Below are positions 19,897 to 29,888 of a DNA stretch of 64,000 bases, piece by piece. This DNA is from Candidatus Marinacidobacterales bacterium (GTDB lineage Bacteria; Acidobacteriota; Vicinamibacteria; Marinacidobacterales; SMYC01): positions 4,512,001 to 4,576,000 of the forward strand of contig OZ250169.1 in the NCBI GenBank assembly GCA_965237955.1, given 5' to 3'. The notes under the pieces are model-generated. The model was not told the origin of the DNA. It worked only from the letters and a program-made list of their open reading frames with translations, and ran no database searches. Numbering within the stretch: the stretch's first letter is position 1; every line of letters begins with the position of its first letter. Both the position numbers and the translations under genes were made by a program.

Positions 19897-21543
19897 CTAG
19901 CTTGAATCGAGTCCCGCTGCTCGCAAGAGGTCCTCTTCGATCGCGTCGAGACGCGATTCCGCGTCGTTCCCGACCACTTCGAGATAGAACTTGAGCTTCG
20001 GCTCGGTACCGCTCGGCCTGACCGCGACGCGTCCTCCGTCCTCGAGGTCGTAGATGAGAACGTCCTCTCTCACGTGGCGCTCGACCCGCTCCGACGCGCT
20101 GTGGTCGCGCTCGTCTTCAAGGAGCAACCGCATCGCCTCTCGGATCTTAGCGGCGCCTTCAGTGCCGGTGAGCGTGAAGCTCGTCTGGCGGTTGACGTAG
20201 AAGCCGTAGCGCTCGCGCAATCGCGCGAGCTCATCCAAGAGCGTTTGTCCGCCGGCCGCGAGCCCGGCGGCCATCTCCGCGAGCAAGAGGCCAGCGCTGA
20301 TGCCGTCTTTGTCGCGGACGTCCGCTCCGATCGCGTAGCCGAGAGCTTCTTCGAAGCCGAACACGAAACGGCATCCCTCCTCTGCTTCGATGCGCATCGC
20401 TTCGTTGGTGATCCACTTGAAGCCGGTCAGCGTGTCTTCGTAGCGCACGCCGAGCTCGGAGCACATCTTCTGGACCATCCTCGACGAGACGATGGTCGAG
20501 ACGACGAGCGGTTTCTCCTCCTTGGTGCGCGACAAGATGTAGTGGGCGAGCAGGGTGCCGATCTCGTTGCCGCTCAACGCGACGTAGCGGCCGTCGCGAT
20601 CGCGCACCGCGGCACCGAGCCGGTCGGCGTCGGGATCGTTCACGAGCACGAGAGGGCAGTCGTGCTCACCCGCAAGAGCGAGAACGAGATCGAGCGCGCC
20701 TGGCTCTTCGGGATTGGGGAAGCTGACGGTGGGGAAGTCGCCGTCGGGCTCGGCTTGCTCGGGAACGGGGAACAGGTCCTGAAACCCGCGGCGCCTCATC
20801 ACCTCCAAAAACGTCGCCTGCCCGACGCCGTGAAGCGCCGAATAAGCGATGCGCATGTCGGACACGTCTATTTCCGGTGCGAGCGCGAGGGCCGCGAGAG
20901 CGTCACCGTAGGCGTTCGCGACGTGAACGGTCTCGATTCGTGGTGAGTCCTCGTGTCGAGAAATCTCGTTCGCGGAAGGTGCTGCTTCGATCGCGGTAGC
21001 GATGCCGGTATCGACCGGCGGAATGATCTGTGCGCCGTTGTCCCAATACACCTTGTAGCCGTTGTATGCCGGTGGATTGTGAGACGCGGTGATCACGATT
21101 CCGGCCGCGGCACCAAGGTGCCGCACAGCGAACGCGAGAAGTGGCGTCGGGCTCGTGCCGTCGAGCCAGTGAACGCGAACACCGAGAGCAGCCGCGACCG
21201 CGGCGGCATCTTTTTGAAACACGTCGGAGCGATGTCGACCGTCCCTCGCGATGGCAACGCCGCGAGTGGTAGCGTCGGCAACGGTGTCGAGAAGATGTCG
21301 CACGACGCCGTACGTCACCCGGATCACCAGGCTTCGGTTCATGCGGCTCTCGCCGGCACCGAGCACTCCACGAATTCCGGCCGTGCCGAACGTCGGTATA
21401 CCGGAGAAGCGGCTTTCGAGCTCGGTGAACGATCCGTTCTCGATCAGAGACTCGAGCTCCGCGCGGTCTTCGGCGTCGACGTCCTGACGGAGGAATTCCC
21501 GGACACGCCTTACAAGGACGTCCGGAGCGCGGTTATCGCTCAT
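19897..21543 (-). CDS. Phosphoglucomutase/phosphomannomutase
   Basis: FGTAGIRG, ITASHNP, DPDADR, GFEEALGY, RDKDG, RPSGTEPKLKFY. Confidence 0.95.
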   Translation of the reverse strand: MSDNRAPDVLVRRVREFLRQDVDAEDRAELESLIENGSFTELESRFSGIPTFGTAGIRGVLGAGESRMNRSLVIRVTYGVVRHLLDTVADATTRGVAIARDGRHRSDVFQKDAAAVAAALGVRVHWLDGTSPTPLLAFAVRHLGAAAGIVITASHNPPAYNGYKVYWDNGAQIIPPVDTGIATAIEAAPSANEISRHEDSPRIETVHVANAYGDALAALALAPEIDVSDMRIAYSALHGVGQATFLEVMRRRGFQDLFPVPEQAEPDGDFPTVSFPNPEEPGALDLVLALAGEHDCPLVLVNDPDADRLGAAVRDRDGRYVALSGNEIGTLLAHYILSRTKEEKPLVVSTIVSSRMVQKMCSELGVRYEDTLTGFKWITNEAMRIEAEEGCRFVFGFEEALGYAIGADVRDKDGISAGLLLAEMAAGLAAGGQTLLDELARLRERYGFYVNRQTSFTLTGTEGAAKIREAMRLLLEDERDHSASERVERHVREDVLIYDLEDGGRVAVRPSGTEPKLKFYLEVVGNDAESRLDAIEEDLLRAAGLDSS

Positions 21544-22792
21544 CGAGCTCGACGACGGCGCGGTAGAGCACCTCGACGCCGCGGGCGCAGTCGTCCCAGT
21601 CGGTCCATTCGTCCGGGTTGTGGCTGACGCCGTCTTTGCTGCGAACGAAGATCATAGCGGTGGGTATGCCGTGGCGTGCGACGTTTTGTGCGTCGTGTCC
21701 GGCTCCGCTCGGGAGCCTGAGCGTGTCGAGTCCGAGCTCTCGAGCGACGCGGTCGATATGATCCTGAAGACCCGTATCGGTCGGCGCCGGTCCTTCGGAG
21801 GCGAACGGCTCGATGGTGATACGGGTTCGATCGGTTTTGCCGATGGCGTTCGCGCGATCCCGAATGCGCTCGAGCACGTCGGTGACGACGAGCGGGTTGA
21901 CATCGCGAAGCTCGATCGGGAGCTTTACTTTTCCGGGAACGACGTTGGGCGCGCCCGGAAAAGCGCGGAGCAGACCGACGTTTCCGACCTGTCTACCCGG
22001 CTTCGCCATCACCTCTTCGCGCACGGCTTGGGTCAGCTTCGCCGCCGATACCATCGCGTCGCGTCGCTCCCTCATCGGCGTCGTGCCCGCATGGTTTGCG
22101 TACCCATCGATGGTGGCTTCGAAGCGGTAAATGCCGACGATGCCTTCGACGATTCCGATCGGGACTTCGCCTCGATACAGGTACGGACCTTGCTCGATGT
22201 GAAGCTCGAAGTACGCAGCGACGTCCCGGGGATCGATCACCGCGCGGTCGATGTCGCGAGGACGCTGGCCGTAGCGCTCGAGCCACTCGGAGAGACTCAA
22301 CCCGTCGTCGCCGGTGAGGTCGAGCTCGCCCCGCTTCGGACCGGCGGTGGCAGCGCGACTTCCAAAGAGACCCTGGCCGAAGTGCACACCTTCTTCGTCG
22401 GCCCAGATCACCATCGCGAGTGGATGACGCGTCTCGCGATTTTCCGCTCTCAGCGTCGTCAGGACTTCGAGCGCACCCAGGCTTCCGAGCGTTCCGTCGA
22501 AGATCCCACCCTCAGGCACCGAGTCGATGTGGGAGCCGAAGAGAATGACAGGAAGGTCGGGCTCAATGCCTGTGCGGCGTCCATGAATGTTGGCGGCGGC
22601 ATCGACCCAAACCTCGAGCGCGGCGTCTCGCATCTTGGCGACCACCCAGGCGCGGGCGTTCACGTCGGCTTCGGAGAACCCGAGCCGGGAGATTCCGCGC
22701 TCGGGGTTTTTCCCAAACGCGGAAATCTCGGTGAGTCGATCTTTCAGTCGGTTGGAATCGATGTGAAAGCGACTCCCATTAGCGGTCTTCAT
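21533..22792 (-). CDS. Zn-dependent amidohydrolase (allantoate / N-carbamoyl-L-amino acid hydrolase, M20)
   Basis: GSHIDSVPEGG.FDG, DEEG, ELHIEQG, ANHAGTTPM, SGAGHDA, GVSHNPDE. Confidence 0.92.
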   Translation of the reverse strand: MKTANGSRFHIDSNRLKDRLTEISAFGKNPERGISRLGFSEADVNARAWVVAKMRDAALEVWVDAAANIHGRRTGIEPDLPVILFGSHIDSVPEGGIFDGTLGSLGALEVLTTLRAENRETRHPLAMVIWADEEGVHFGQGLFGSRAATAGPKRGELDLTGDDGLSLSEWLERYGQRPRDIDRAVIDPRDVAAYFELHIEQGPYLYRGEVPIGIVEGIVGIYRFEATIDGYANHAGTTPMRERRDAMVSAAKLTQAVREEVMAKPGRQVGNVGLLRAFPGAPNVVPGKVKLPIELRDVNPLVVTDVLERIRDRANAIGKTDRTRITIEPFASEGPAPTDTGLQDHIDRVARELGLDTLRLPSGAGHDAQNVARHGIPTAMIFVRSKDGVSHNPDEWTDWDDCARGVEVLYRAVVELDER

Positions 22793-24419
22793 TGGTCGCG
22801 GTCGAGAGATAGTGCTCCGCCTCCTCGCGTCCGGGGAGATCCGGTCCAGCGCCTCCGAGGTTCACGAGAGCGCTGTAGAGCTCCACCGCGAGCTCGGTGT
22901 CGCCGGTCTTGTCGGCGGCCCGTGCACCGCCCAGAAGCGACCGTGCGCGATTCGGTGTGCGGAGGAGCGAGACTTCGTACTGCGCGAGCGCCGCCTCGGC
23001 CTTGCCGTTTGCCAGCAGCATTTCGCCGTAGAGCTCGTGCGGCGGCTTCACCGGTGTATCCGCCGCGTGTTCCCCTGGGGGTCCGGACGGCGGCTGCATT
23101 GTTTCGGCGATCCTGACGGCTTCGCTCATGAGATTGATAGCGTCGGTGTGCCGATCTTCGGCCTGGGCGAGGACCGCGGCGGCTTCCAGCCAGCTGATCT
23201 CGACCTGCTTGCGGCCGTTCGCGTCGGCTTCCATTTTCATGGTGAGATCTTTGAGGCCGTCTCGCGTTTTCACGGCGCTCTCGATATCACCTTTTCGGGC
23301 CGCGCTCATTCCGTTCGCGAGCAGGACCGCGGCGGCGGCGCCCTCGTCGAGCTCTCCGCTTCCCCGAATCTGAGCGAGGACGGTATCGATGTCCTGCACG
23401 TTCCACTGTTCGCTTTCGGCGATCTGGAGCGACTCCATGCGCATGACGGTATTGGCGATGCGTCGGGACGCGTCGTCACGGCTCGCGATGGATTTGATCT
23501 CGTCGATACATTCCTGAGCTTTCGCGTACTCGCCCTGTTGGAGGTAGGCGTATTGGAGCCAGTAGAGCGCATGCCAGGAGTGGCGCGTCGGTGAGAGTCC
23601 CTTCCGTTTCGCGCGCGCCACCGACGCGTTGTACGACTCGTCGTTCCTCTCTACGACATGGTCCCACATGCCGTGCTGCACGAAAATGTGGGCCGGCATG
23701 TGCAGGGCGTGCACTGCCGCGGGAGCGATCTCCGAATACTTGTGCGCCGCATAGAGCGCGATGGGAGCATGAATCGGATCGTCGTACGCGTGGATGACGT
23801 AGTGCGCGGCGCCAGGATGGTCCGGGTTCGCGCGGTACACCATCTGCGCGATCGCGCCAGACTGCATGTCTGTGCGAATGCTGTCCTCGCCCCTCACTTT
23901 GGTCCGCATCAGAGCGAGCGCGTACAGCGTTGCGGCTTCGTGATCTTTGGGATAATCCTTCCAGAGCTTGGCCATCCTGTCGGAGTACGCGAGCGTGCGC
24001 TCCTCAGGCGAGCCCGCCCCGTACAGGAGCTCGACCGCTTCGAGGTAGCCTCGCTCGCGGTCGTTCGCTGCTTTGTCGAGCCGCTCTTTCTTGGCGCGCC
24101 CGAGTTTCTGGAGTGCGGCGCGACCCGCAGGGACGTCCGTGGAGCTCGCGGAAAAGTGATGGCCTTGGTAGTGGCTCAGCGCTTCGCCCCAATAGGCGAG
24201 GTAGAAATCCCGATCGATTTCCTGCGCTTCTTGAAACAACTCGATCGCGTCTTCCCACCCGAAGCTATGCATCATGCGCACGCCGTTCAAGAAATCGCGT
24301 TGCGCTTCGGCCTTGCCGGAATTCGGGAAGTCGATTTTCCCGAGGACATCCTCTTGGGCGTAGCCGGTACACGCTACAGCCACGACCAGTACCAGGGCTA
24401 CGAGCCACGCCTTTTTCAT
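22779..24419 (-). CDS. Exported TPR-repeat protein
   Basis: GGAGG RBS then signal peptide MKKAWLVAL; F..G...MHSF, AYWGEA, PDHPGAAHY.IHAYD, HALHMPAHIF. Confidence 0.8.
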   Translation of the reverse strand: MKKAWLVALVLVVAVACTGYAQEDVLGKIDFPNSGKAEAQRDFLNGVRMMHSFGWEDAIELFQEAQEIDRDFYLAYWGEALSHYQGHHFSASSTDVPAGRAALQKLGRAKKERLDKAANDRERGYLEAVELLYGAGSPEERTLAYSDRMAKLWKDYPKDHEAATLYALALMRTKVRGEDSIRTDMQSGAIAQMVYRANPDHPGAAHYVIHAYDDPIHAPIALYAAHKYSEIAPAAVHALHMPAHIFVQHGMWDHVVERNDESYNASVARAKRKGLSPTRHSWHALYWLQYAYLQQGEYAKAQECIDEIKSIASRDDASRRIANTVMRMESLQIAESEQWNVQDIDTVLAQIRGSGELDEGAAAAVLLANGMSAARKGDIESAVKTRDGLKDLTMKMEADANGRKQVEISWLEAAAVLAQAEDRHTDAINLMSEAVRIAETMQPPSGPPGEHAADTPVKPPHELYGEMLLANGKAEAALAQYEVSLLRTPNRARSLLGGARAADKTGDTELAVELYSALVNLGGAGPDLPGREEAEHYLSTATNEDR

Positions 24420-24471
24420 ATTGCTGCCTCCTTCCAAACGATGAGTTTTACCAGACGTGGACGTCAACGCG

Positions 24472-25182
24472 CTAGTGTGACAGTATCTGCGCCACGTAGG
24501 CGACAGCGACGCCGGTCAACGAGAGTACGGGAACCGCGAGCGACGGCTTTTCCCGGCGAGCCTCGGGTAAGAGCCGGTTGGCCCCGAGGTAGAGAAACAT
24601 CCCCGCAAACCACGCCAAGAACAGCGCGAGAATGGACGTCGGTAGAACGAGAAACGACTGCGCAACGACACCGAGCAAGGGTGCCACGGCCGTGATCACG
24701 AGCATCGTCGTGGTTTCGCGAACGTTGTGCTCGGTTCCGAGCATCACCCCGACAGCGCTGACGCCATCGGCGAGCTTGTGCAAGAGCACGGCGGCCGCGA
24801 GCGCCACGCCAATGTCTTCGCCGGCACGGAACCCCTGTCCGATGACGACCCCGTCCAGGAAACTGTGCGTCGCGAGCCCTATCGCACCGCCGAGCCCCGC
24901 GATCCGCGCCGACCGCGTGCCGTGCGCGCCACGCTCGAACAAATAGAAGAACAGAAAGCCGAGCGCGCACGCGAGCCAAACCAGATCCGGCGAAAGCCGG
25001 CTGTCGCTTTGTTCGAGCAGTTGGCGTGCGTCGGGGAGTAGCAAAATGATAGCACCCCCGATCAGCGCCCCCGAGCAGAACGCGAACACCAAGGGTCGGT
25101 GATTTCTCAAATAGAGCGCGCCGAGACCGCTCACCAGTGTCACAACGAACGCGGCGACGGAGACGTAAATGACTGTGCTCAA
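24472..25182 (-). CDS. ZIP-family metal transporter
   Basis: HSFLDG and LHKLADG transmembrane motifs; fully hydrophobic. Confidence 0.85.
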   Translation of the reverse strand: MSTVIYVSVAAFVVTLVSGLGALYLRNHRPLVFAFCSGALIGGAIILLLPDARQLLEQSDSRLSPDLVWLACALGFLFFYLFERGAHGTRSARIAGLGGAIGLATHSFLDGVVIGQGFRAGEDIGVALAAAVLLHKLADGVSAVGVMLGTEHNVRETTTMLVITAVAPLLGVVAQSFLVLPTSILALFLAWFAGMFLYLGANRLLPEARREKPSLAVPVLSLTGVAVAYVAQILSH

Positions 25183-25256
25183 AACATTTCTCGATAGGAC
25201 GGACCAGACGTAATTCTAGCGCGGGGGTGCCCGTCATTGCGTATAGAAAAACGTTC

Positions 25257-25285
25257 TTGACAGGATAGCCAAGCGCGAGTAAGCT
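25257..25285 (+). promoter_or_regulatory. Sigma70-type promoter facing an ORF-free intergenic region
   Basis: TTGACA-N17-TAAGCT. Confidence 0.6.
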
Positions 25286-25291
25286 TCGCCC

Positions 25292-25483
25292 ATCAGTCAA
25301 AAGGCGATCATAGACGGCCACGGCTGACCCAGGTGCCCTTAGAATGCGAGGTGAGGGTGGAGCTGGGTGAGGGTAGCCGTTCTCTAAAGATATAATCCGA
25401 GGGGGAGAAATCGGAGAGGCGGTACCTTATCCCGGTTGGGACTTCATCCTCACCTCATCAAAAGTTCCTCGCTAACTGACTGT
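25292..25483 (+). ncRNA. Candidate ~190-nt rod-shaped sRNA (6S-like?)
   Basis: Closing stem CAGTCA/TGACTG plus GGCGA/TCGCT; 15-bp stem 25348-25362/25442-25456 complete only on + strand (G-U pairs); further stems; upstream promoter. Confidence 0.5.
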
Positions 25484-25509
25484 AGACAACACCTTCCGCT
25501 TGCCGTGCT

Positions 25510-26274
25510 TCACAATTTCAAATGGTTCTTCAATCGGCGCGTGTGGGACCGCGACACCGGGATTTCGGTTTCGGCTCGGTCGGTCATCTTCAGCTGGATA
25601 GTCCGGTTGAACCAGGGGATCACTTCTTTGATGCGTTGTAGGTTGACGATGTACGAGCGATGGACTCGCCAGAATACGGCGGGGTCCAACGTTGCCGACA
25701 ACTCCTCGAGCGTACGCACGTTCGATGTGCCGGTGACACGATCGGTCGTGAGGGTCACGACGCCGTCCTCGACTCTCGCATAAATGACATCCTGCGAGTG
25801 GACGAGCATGAAGCGATCGGCCACCTTCACCACGAGCTGCTTGGGAGCGCTCTCACGCTCGAGCGCTCCCAACAGCTTTTCGAGCTGGCTCTTGATGGGG
25901 CTATGGTCAGCGCCCCGGGAAGACGTGCGCGAGATCGCTTCTTTCAGCCGCGCCTTCTCCACCGGCTTCAACAGGTAGTCGACCGCGTTCACCTCGAAAG
26001 CTTTGATCGCGTACCGATCGTAGGCGGTCACGAAAATGAACTGCGGCACTTTGGCGCGTCCTATGAGCTCACGCACCACTTGGAAACCGTCGAGCCCAGG
26101 CATTTGGATGTCGAGAAACAGCAGCTCCGGAGACAACCGCTCCACCAGCTCGACGGCTTCGAGACCGTTCGACGCTTGCCCGACGACTTCGATATCTGGA
26201 ACCGATTCCAAAAGGAAACAGAGCTCGTCACGAGCGAGCTGCTCGTCGTCGACAACGAGAGCGCGCAACGACAC
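25510..26274 (-). CDS. LytTR-family response regulator
   Basis: ALVVDDEQLARDEL, FLDIQMPGLDG, FVTAYD, DYLLKP, FWRVHRSYIVNL, IPVSRS; GTG start directly after the kinase stop. Confidence 0.94.
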   Translation of the reverse strand: MSLRALVVDDEQLARDELCFLLESVPDIEVVGQASNGLEAVELVERLSPELLFLDIQMPGLDGFQVVRELIGRAKVPQFIFVTAYDRYAIKAFEVNAVDYLLKPVEKARLKEAISRTSSRGADHSPIKSQLEKLLGALERESAPKQLVVKVADRFMLVHSQDVIYARVEDGVVTLTTDRVTGTSNVRTLEELSATLDPAVFWRVHRSYIVNLQRIKEVIPWFNRTIQLKMTDRAETEIPVSRSHTRRLKNHLKL

Positions 26275-26276
26275 AA

Positions 26277-27596
26277 CTAACTCGCTCGAAGGTAGGAGAT
26301 GTCGATGTCGGGGATTTCTACCCGGGCGATGGTTCCGCGATTGGGCTCGCTCGTCAGCTCGAGCTTGCACTGATCACCGTAGATTACTTTGAGGCGCTCG
26401 CCGACGTTGCTGAGCCCGATCCCGTGGCCGTCGTCCGCTTTCTCGCCGGAGGCACCGGAGAGGCCGCTCCCGTTGTCCTGGATCTCGATGATGACGCTTC
26501 CGATGCCTCGTTGCGCACGGATGACGATGCGACCGCCCTCGAGGCGCGACGAAATGCCGTGTTTCACCGCGTTCTCGACGAGTGGCTGGATGATCATCGA
26601 CGGCACGTACGTCTTCAGCGTATCTTCTTCGACTTCCTTCTCCACCACGAGTTTCCCCGCGCCGAATCGCACCGCCTCGATATCCAGGTAGGAGTCGATG
26701 AACTCGAGCTCTTCCTTCAAGGGGATGAAGTGCTCTTGTTCCTGGAGTAGCTTCCGCAAGATGGACGACAGCTTGCGGATCAAACGACGGGCGACGTCGG
26801 GATCGGTACGGGTTGCCGAGGCAATCGAGTTCAAGGTGTTGAACAGGAAGTGTGGGTTGATTTGACTCGAAAGGGCCTGGAGTCGTGCGCGGACCACGAG
26901 CACTTCTTGCTCGGCAAGCTTGCGCTCGAGGCGAACGTTGTTCCAGATCTTGAGAGGTATGCCGAGGGCCGCGAGGGTGCTGATGTAGATCGCGAGCAGC
27001 ACCCACGGGTTTTGTGACGACAAATGGAACACGAGGCCGGGAGCGAGCTCCACGCCGATGAAGATACGGAGCGATTCGAGTCCCACCGTCACCGCGAAAA
27101 TCACGATCTGCCAGTCGAAGATTCGGTCGCGGATCGCGGTCTTTCCGATCCGGTAGAGGTTCAGAAAGATGAGCGGCGAGAAGCTCCAGATGTCCTCTTT
27201 GCGACAAAGCTCACGAACGATTCCACCGCTCACGCCGTAGAGAACGCCGAGCGGGAGTGCGAGCAGCTCCCCGTTGAACGCGGCGGGGGCGCCCACCATG
27301 AGACCGACCGCAGCGCCGGTGAGTGGGCCGGCGAGAAGCCCGACCAGAATCGTACCCGAGAGTGAAAGATCGGCCGCGTCGTAGTTCAGCAACAACCGCA
27401 CGATGACGCCCGAGGAGAGAAGCATGCCGGACAGCAGCGCGAAGATGAGCTTTTCCTTCAGGGACAGCTCTTCTCTGTAGAGCAGGCGCTTGAAGGCGCC
27501 GAAACGGATGAGCAGGCTCGCGATCGAGGCCATGACCACGAGCTTCACGAGGATCGTGACCATCACGAACTGGTCCGGCGATAACGTCTTTTCCAT
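26277..27596 (-). CDS. LytS-type membrane sensor histidine kinase
   Basis: N-terminal TMs; QINPHFLFNTLNSI, QPLVENAVKHG, DNG.G, GIGLSNV. Confidence 0.94.
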   Translation of the reverse strand: MEKTLSPDQFVMVTILVKLVVMASIASLLIRFGAFKRLLYREELSLKEKLIFALLSGMLLSSGVIVRLLLNYDAADLSLSGTILVGLLAGPLTGAAVGLMVGAPAAFNGELLALPLGVLYGVSGGIVRELCRKEDIWSFSPLIFLNLYRIGKTAIRDRIFDWQIVIFAVTVGLESLRIFIGVELAPGLVFHLSSQNPWVLLAIYISTLAALGIPLKIWNNVRLERKLAEQEVLVVRARLQALSSQINPHFLFNTLNSIASATRTDPDVARRLIRKLSSILRKLLQEQEHFIPLKEELEFIDSYLDIEAVRFGAGKLVVEKEVEEDTLKTYVPSMIIQPLVENAVKHGISSRLEGGRIVIRAQRGIGSVIIEIQDNGSGLSGASGEKADDGHGIGLSNVGERLKVIYGDQCKLELTSEPNRGTIARVEIPDIDISYLRAS

Positions 27597-27686
27597 TGCT
27601 TAGGAGAAAACTAGCACGATCCGGCTGCCAGCTACCAGTCAGCGGTGGTTCGCAACTGGGCTATCCGCGGATAGCGGGTAGCGACA

Positions 27687-28583
27687 TCATCTGCCTGGTG
27701 AAGCCTTCAGCTCCAAGACGAGTCGGCCTTTCTTTCCCCGCGCCTCCGGGAAGCGCCAAGCCTCCGCTTCTCCAAGAATTCTCGAATTCACTTCGGGGAT
27801 CGACGAGCGCACGATCTTCACGTCGGTCGGGGTGCCTGCATCATTGATGTCGAGCTCGAGCTCGATGGTGCCGACGAGATCGATACCGAGCGTGCTTTCG
27901 AGGTCCGGGATGGTGGCGTCGTCGGGAAGGTTCAACTGGACGGCATCGGCGGGCGCAGGCGCTCCTCCGGCGCGGCGAAGCGACAGTGCCACGACGAGAA
28001 ACGTCGTGAAATCGCGCAGCTTGTCGTAGAGCTCGCCACGGTGATCACGATCGCTGTAGTCTCGAAAATGCGACAAATACTCGCTCGCTGACATCTCCAG
28101 ATCACGACTGCTCCACACGTACGTCTGTCCCACGCGGAGCTCGATGGTCTGGCGGAAGGACCGTTGGGACTCGGAGCGCCGCAGCAACTCACCATCGACG
28201 GTAGCGGTGAACACCCCCTCGGCGGCGAACTCGGAAAGATCCAGCGAGAGTCTCAGCTTGCGGGAGCGTTTTTCGAGCTCGAGCTCCGCCGTCGTCGGTG
28301 AGTCGACCGTGAGCGTCTCGAAGGCGAGCGTTGCCAGGAACGAGTCCGCCGCCTCGTGCGCTATGGTTGCCAGCCACTCACGCTCGGTGACACCCTGGCC
28401 GTCGGTATTGACGAAAAAGTGCAGCCCTTCCATCGCTTTGAAGTCAGGCGTCTTGCTGCGCGCCTCAAGAACCCGAATATCTATTACGAGATCGTTGGGG
28501 ATGTCCTCGAACGCCAGGGCGCGACCCCCCGTCGGTAGAGCGACGAGCAACACAGCAACCGAGCGTAAGGTCTGCGACAGCAT
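27687..28583 (-). CDS. Exported hypothetical protein with TonB-C-like C-terminal domain
   Basis: Signal peptide; C-terminal GTIELELDINDAG.PTDVKIVRSS....AEAWRF. Confidence 0.6.
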   Translation of the reverse strand: MLSQTLRSVAVLLVALPTGGRALAFEDIPNDLVIDIRVLEARSKTPDFKAMEGLHFFVNTDGQGVTEREWLATIAHEAADSFLATLAFETLTVDSPTTAELELEKRSRKLRLSLDLSEFAAEGVFTATVDGELLRRSESQRSFRQTIELRVGQTYVWSSRDLEMSASEYLSHFRDYSDRDHRGELYDKLRDFTTFLVVALSLRRAGGAPAPADAVQLNLPDDATIPDLESTLGIDLVGTIELELDINDAGTPTDVKIVRSSIPEVNSRILGEAEAWRFPEARGKKGRLVLELKASPGR

Positions 28584-28614
28584 TTCGATTCCTCTTAAGG
28601 GCTTTTTTGGGCCC

Positions 28615-29625
28615 TCAGGCTACCGCCGGTCTGACCTGCTCCGTTTGAAGCAGCCGGGCAAGGATACGAGCGGTATGGCAGTGGCAACTATGAGCTTTCT
28701 CGAAGAGCTCGGCAACGGTCATGGGCGAATGGAGACAGCCCCACACCTGGCGCGCGTCGGCCTGCCCTTCATCGTCGCTCCAATCCAATGCGTCCACGTT
28801 CCTCTGGATCACGGTGCTGTCCGCCGGCAGCTCTTCCAAGAGGACTTTGAGCTCGTCCTGGAGTCGCACGGAGTCCATCATCAGCGCCATCGCCGGCACG
28901 GTGATGCCCGGGTCAGGTCCGTCGGCGACGGACTCGGCACCTTTGCTTTCGAACAAAAACTCTCCCTCCGGCTCGGCTTGGAAGAGATGGTGCACCGCCT
29001 CGTCACCGTGGCGGTGTCCGTAGTGAGCTCTGAACACGTTCCCGTTCTGGAAGTAGAGCTGTGCGACCAGCTCCTTTCCGCTCGAGAGCGTCATCACGCC
29101 CGACTGGGACGCTCCGATCAAAGTCTGGACGATGGTCCCAAGGTCGAAGTATTTGAGATCGCCTTGGAGTTCTTTCTTCGATTGAGTGGGGAGGTCCTCG
29201 AGTACGCCGACGAGACGGTGGGCGAGAATCACAGCGAGCTGGCTCGCAAAACCCGGGTGGTTGGCCATGAGGTCTTCGAACAAAGCGCGATCGATCACGA
29301 GAAGCTCGGCCGTCTGCGGCACGCGCACGTCGGCGCTCCGCTCCGAGCTCGTTAGAAGCGCCATCTCGCCGAAGCTGTCACCTCGTCCGAGATAGGCGAG
29401 CGGTGGCCCGTCGGCAGGGTTGACGACTTCCACTACCCCGGTCTTGACGACGAACAGGCTGTCGCCAGGCTCGCCTCTCTTGACGACGAGCTCGCCGGCG
29501 CCGAGCTCGATGGTTTCGCCCTGGGTGACGATGGTGCGGATGACAGACTCGGGCATGTCTTCGAACAGAGCCGCCTCACGAAGAAAACCGATGTCGTCGA
29601 GCTCTCCGAAGTCTTCAGCGGTCAT
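28615..29625 (-). CDS. Cyclic-nucleotide-binding plus DUF4388 domain protein
   Basis: GEPGDSLFVV..G, GDSFGEMALL..RSADV; LQGDL..FDLGTIVQTL..SG.MTL..LYFQNG. Confidence 0.85.
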   Translation of the reverse strand: MTAEDFGELDDIGFLREAALFEDMPESVIRTIVTQGETIELGAGELVVKRGEPGDSLFVVKTGVVEVVNPADGPPLAYLGRGDSFGEMALLTSSERSADVRVPQTAELLVIDRALFEDLMANHPGFASQLAVILAHRLVGVLEDLPTQSKKELQGDLKYFDLGTIVQTLIGASQSGVMTLSSGKELVAQLYFQNGNVFRAHYGHRHGDEAVHHLFQAEPEGEFLFESKGAESVADGPDPGITVPAMALMMDSVRLQDELKVLLEELPADSTVIQRNVDALDWSDDEGQADARQVWGCLHSPMTVAELFEKAHSCHCHTARILARLLQTEQVRPAVA

Positions 29626-29888
29626 ACATTTCCTGTGTCTTGGAGGGGTACGAGCTCTCGCGCCGAGGCGGAGGATGACGATTATAACGATGGCAAAAGT
29701 GCACGGTCAAGGGGGAGGGGTATGCGGCCAATCGTTTAAGTAATGATAGACTAGATAGAGTCATGTCGAAGCAAGAGAACGAGGTCTTGTTCGCGATCTA
29801 CCTCTACGGGGTGACGTAGAGCTTCTCTCGACTCTCCCCCATTCCCCCTACATTATTATTACCGGTAACCCCTCGAGGAGAAACCAAG

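Noticed and set aside
19544-19900. Fragments resembling an S8-like protease piece (minus strand) and an unknown C-terminus (plus strand)
   Set aside because: Too short, no catalytic motif visible, and the two readings conflict.
20074-24695. Long plus-strand ORFs (e.g. 21620-23116, 23658-24695)
   Set aside because: Antisense shadows of well-supported minus-strand genes in high-GC DNA; the same applies to most overlapping ORFs in the track.
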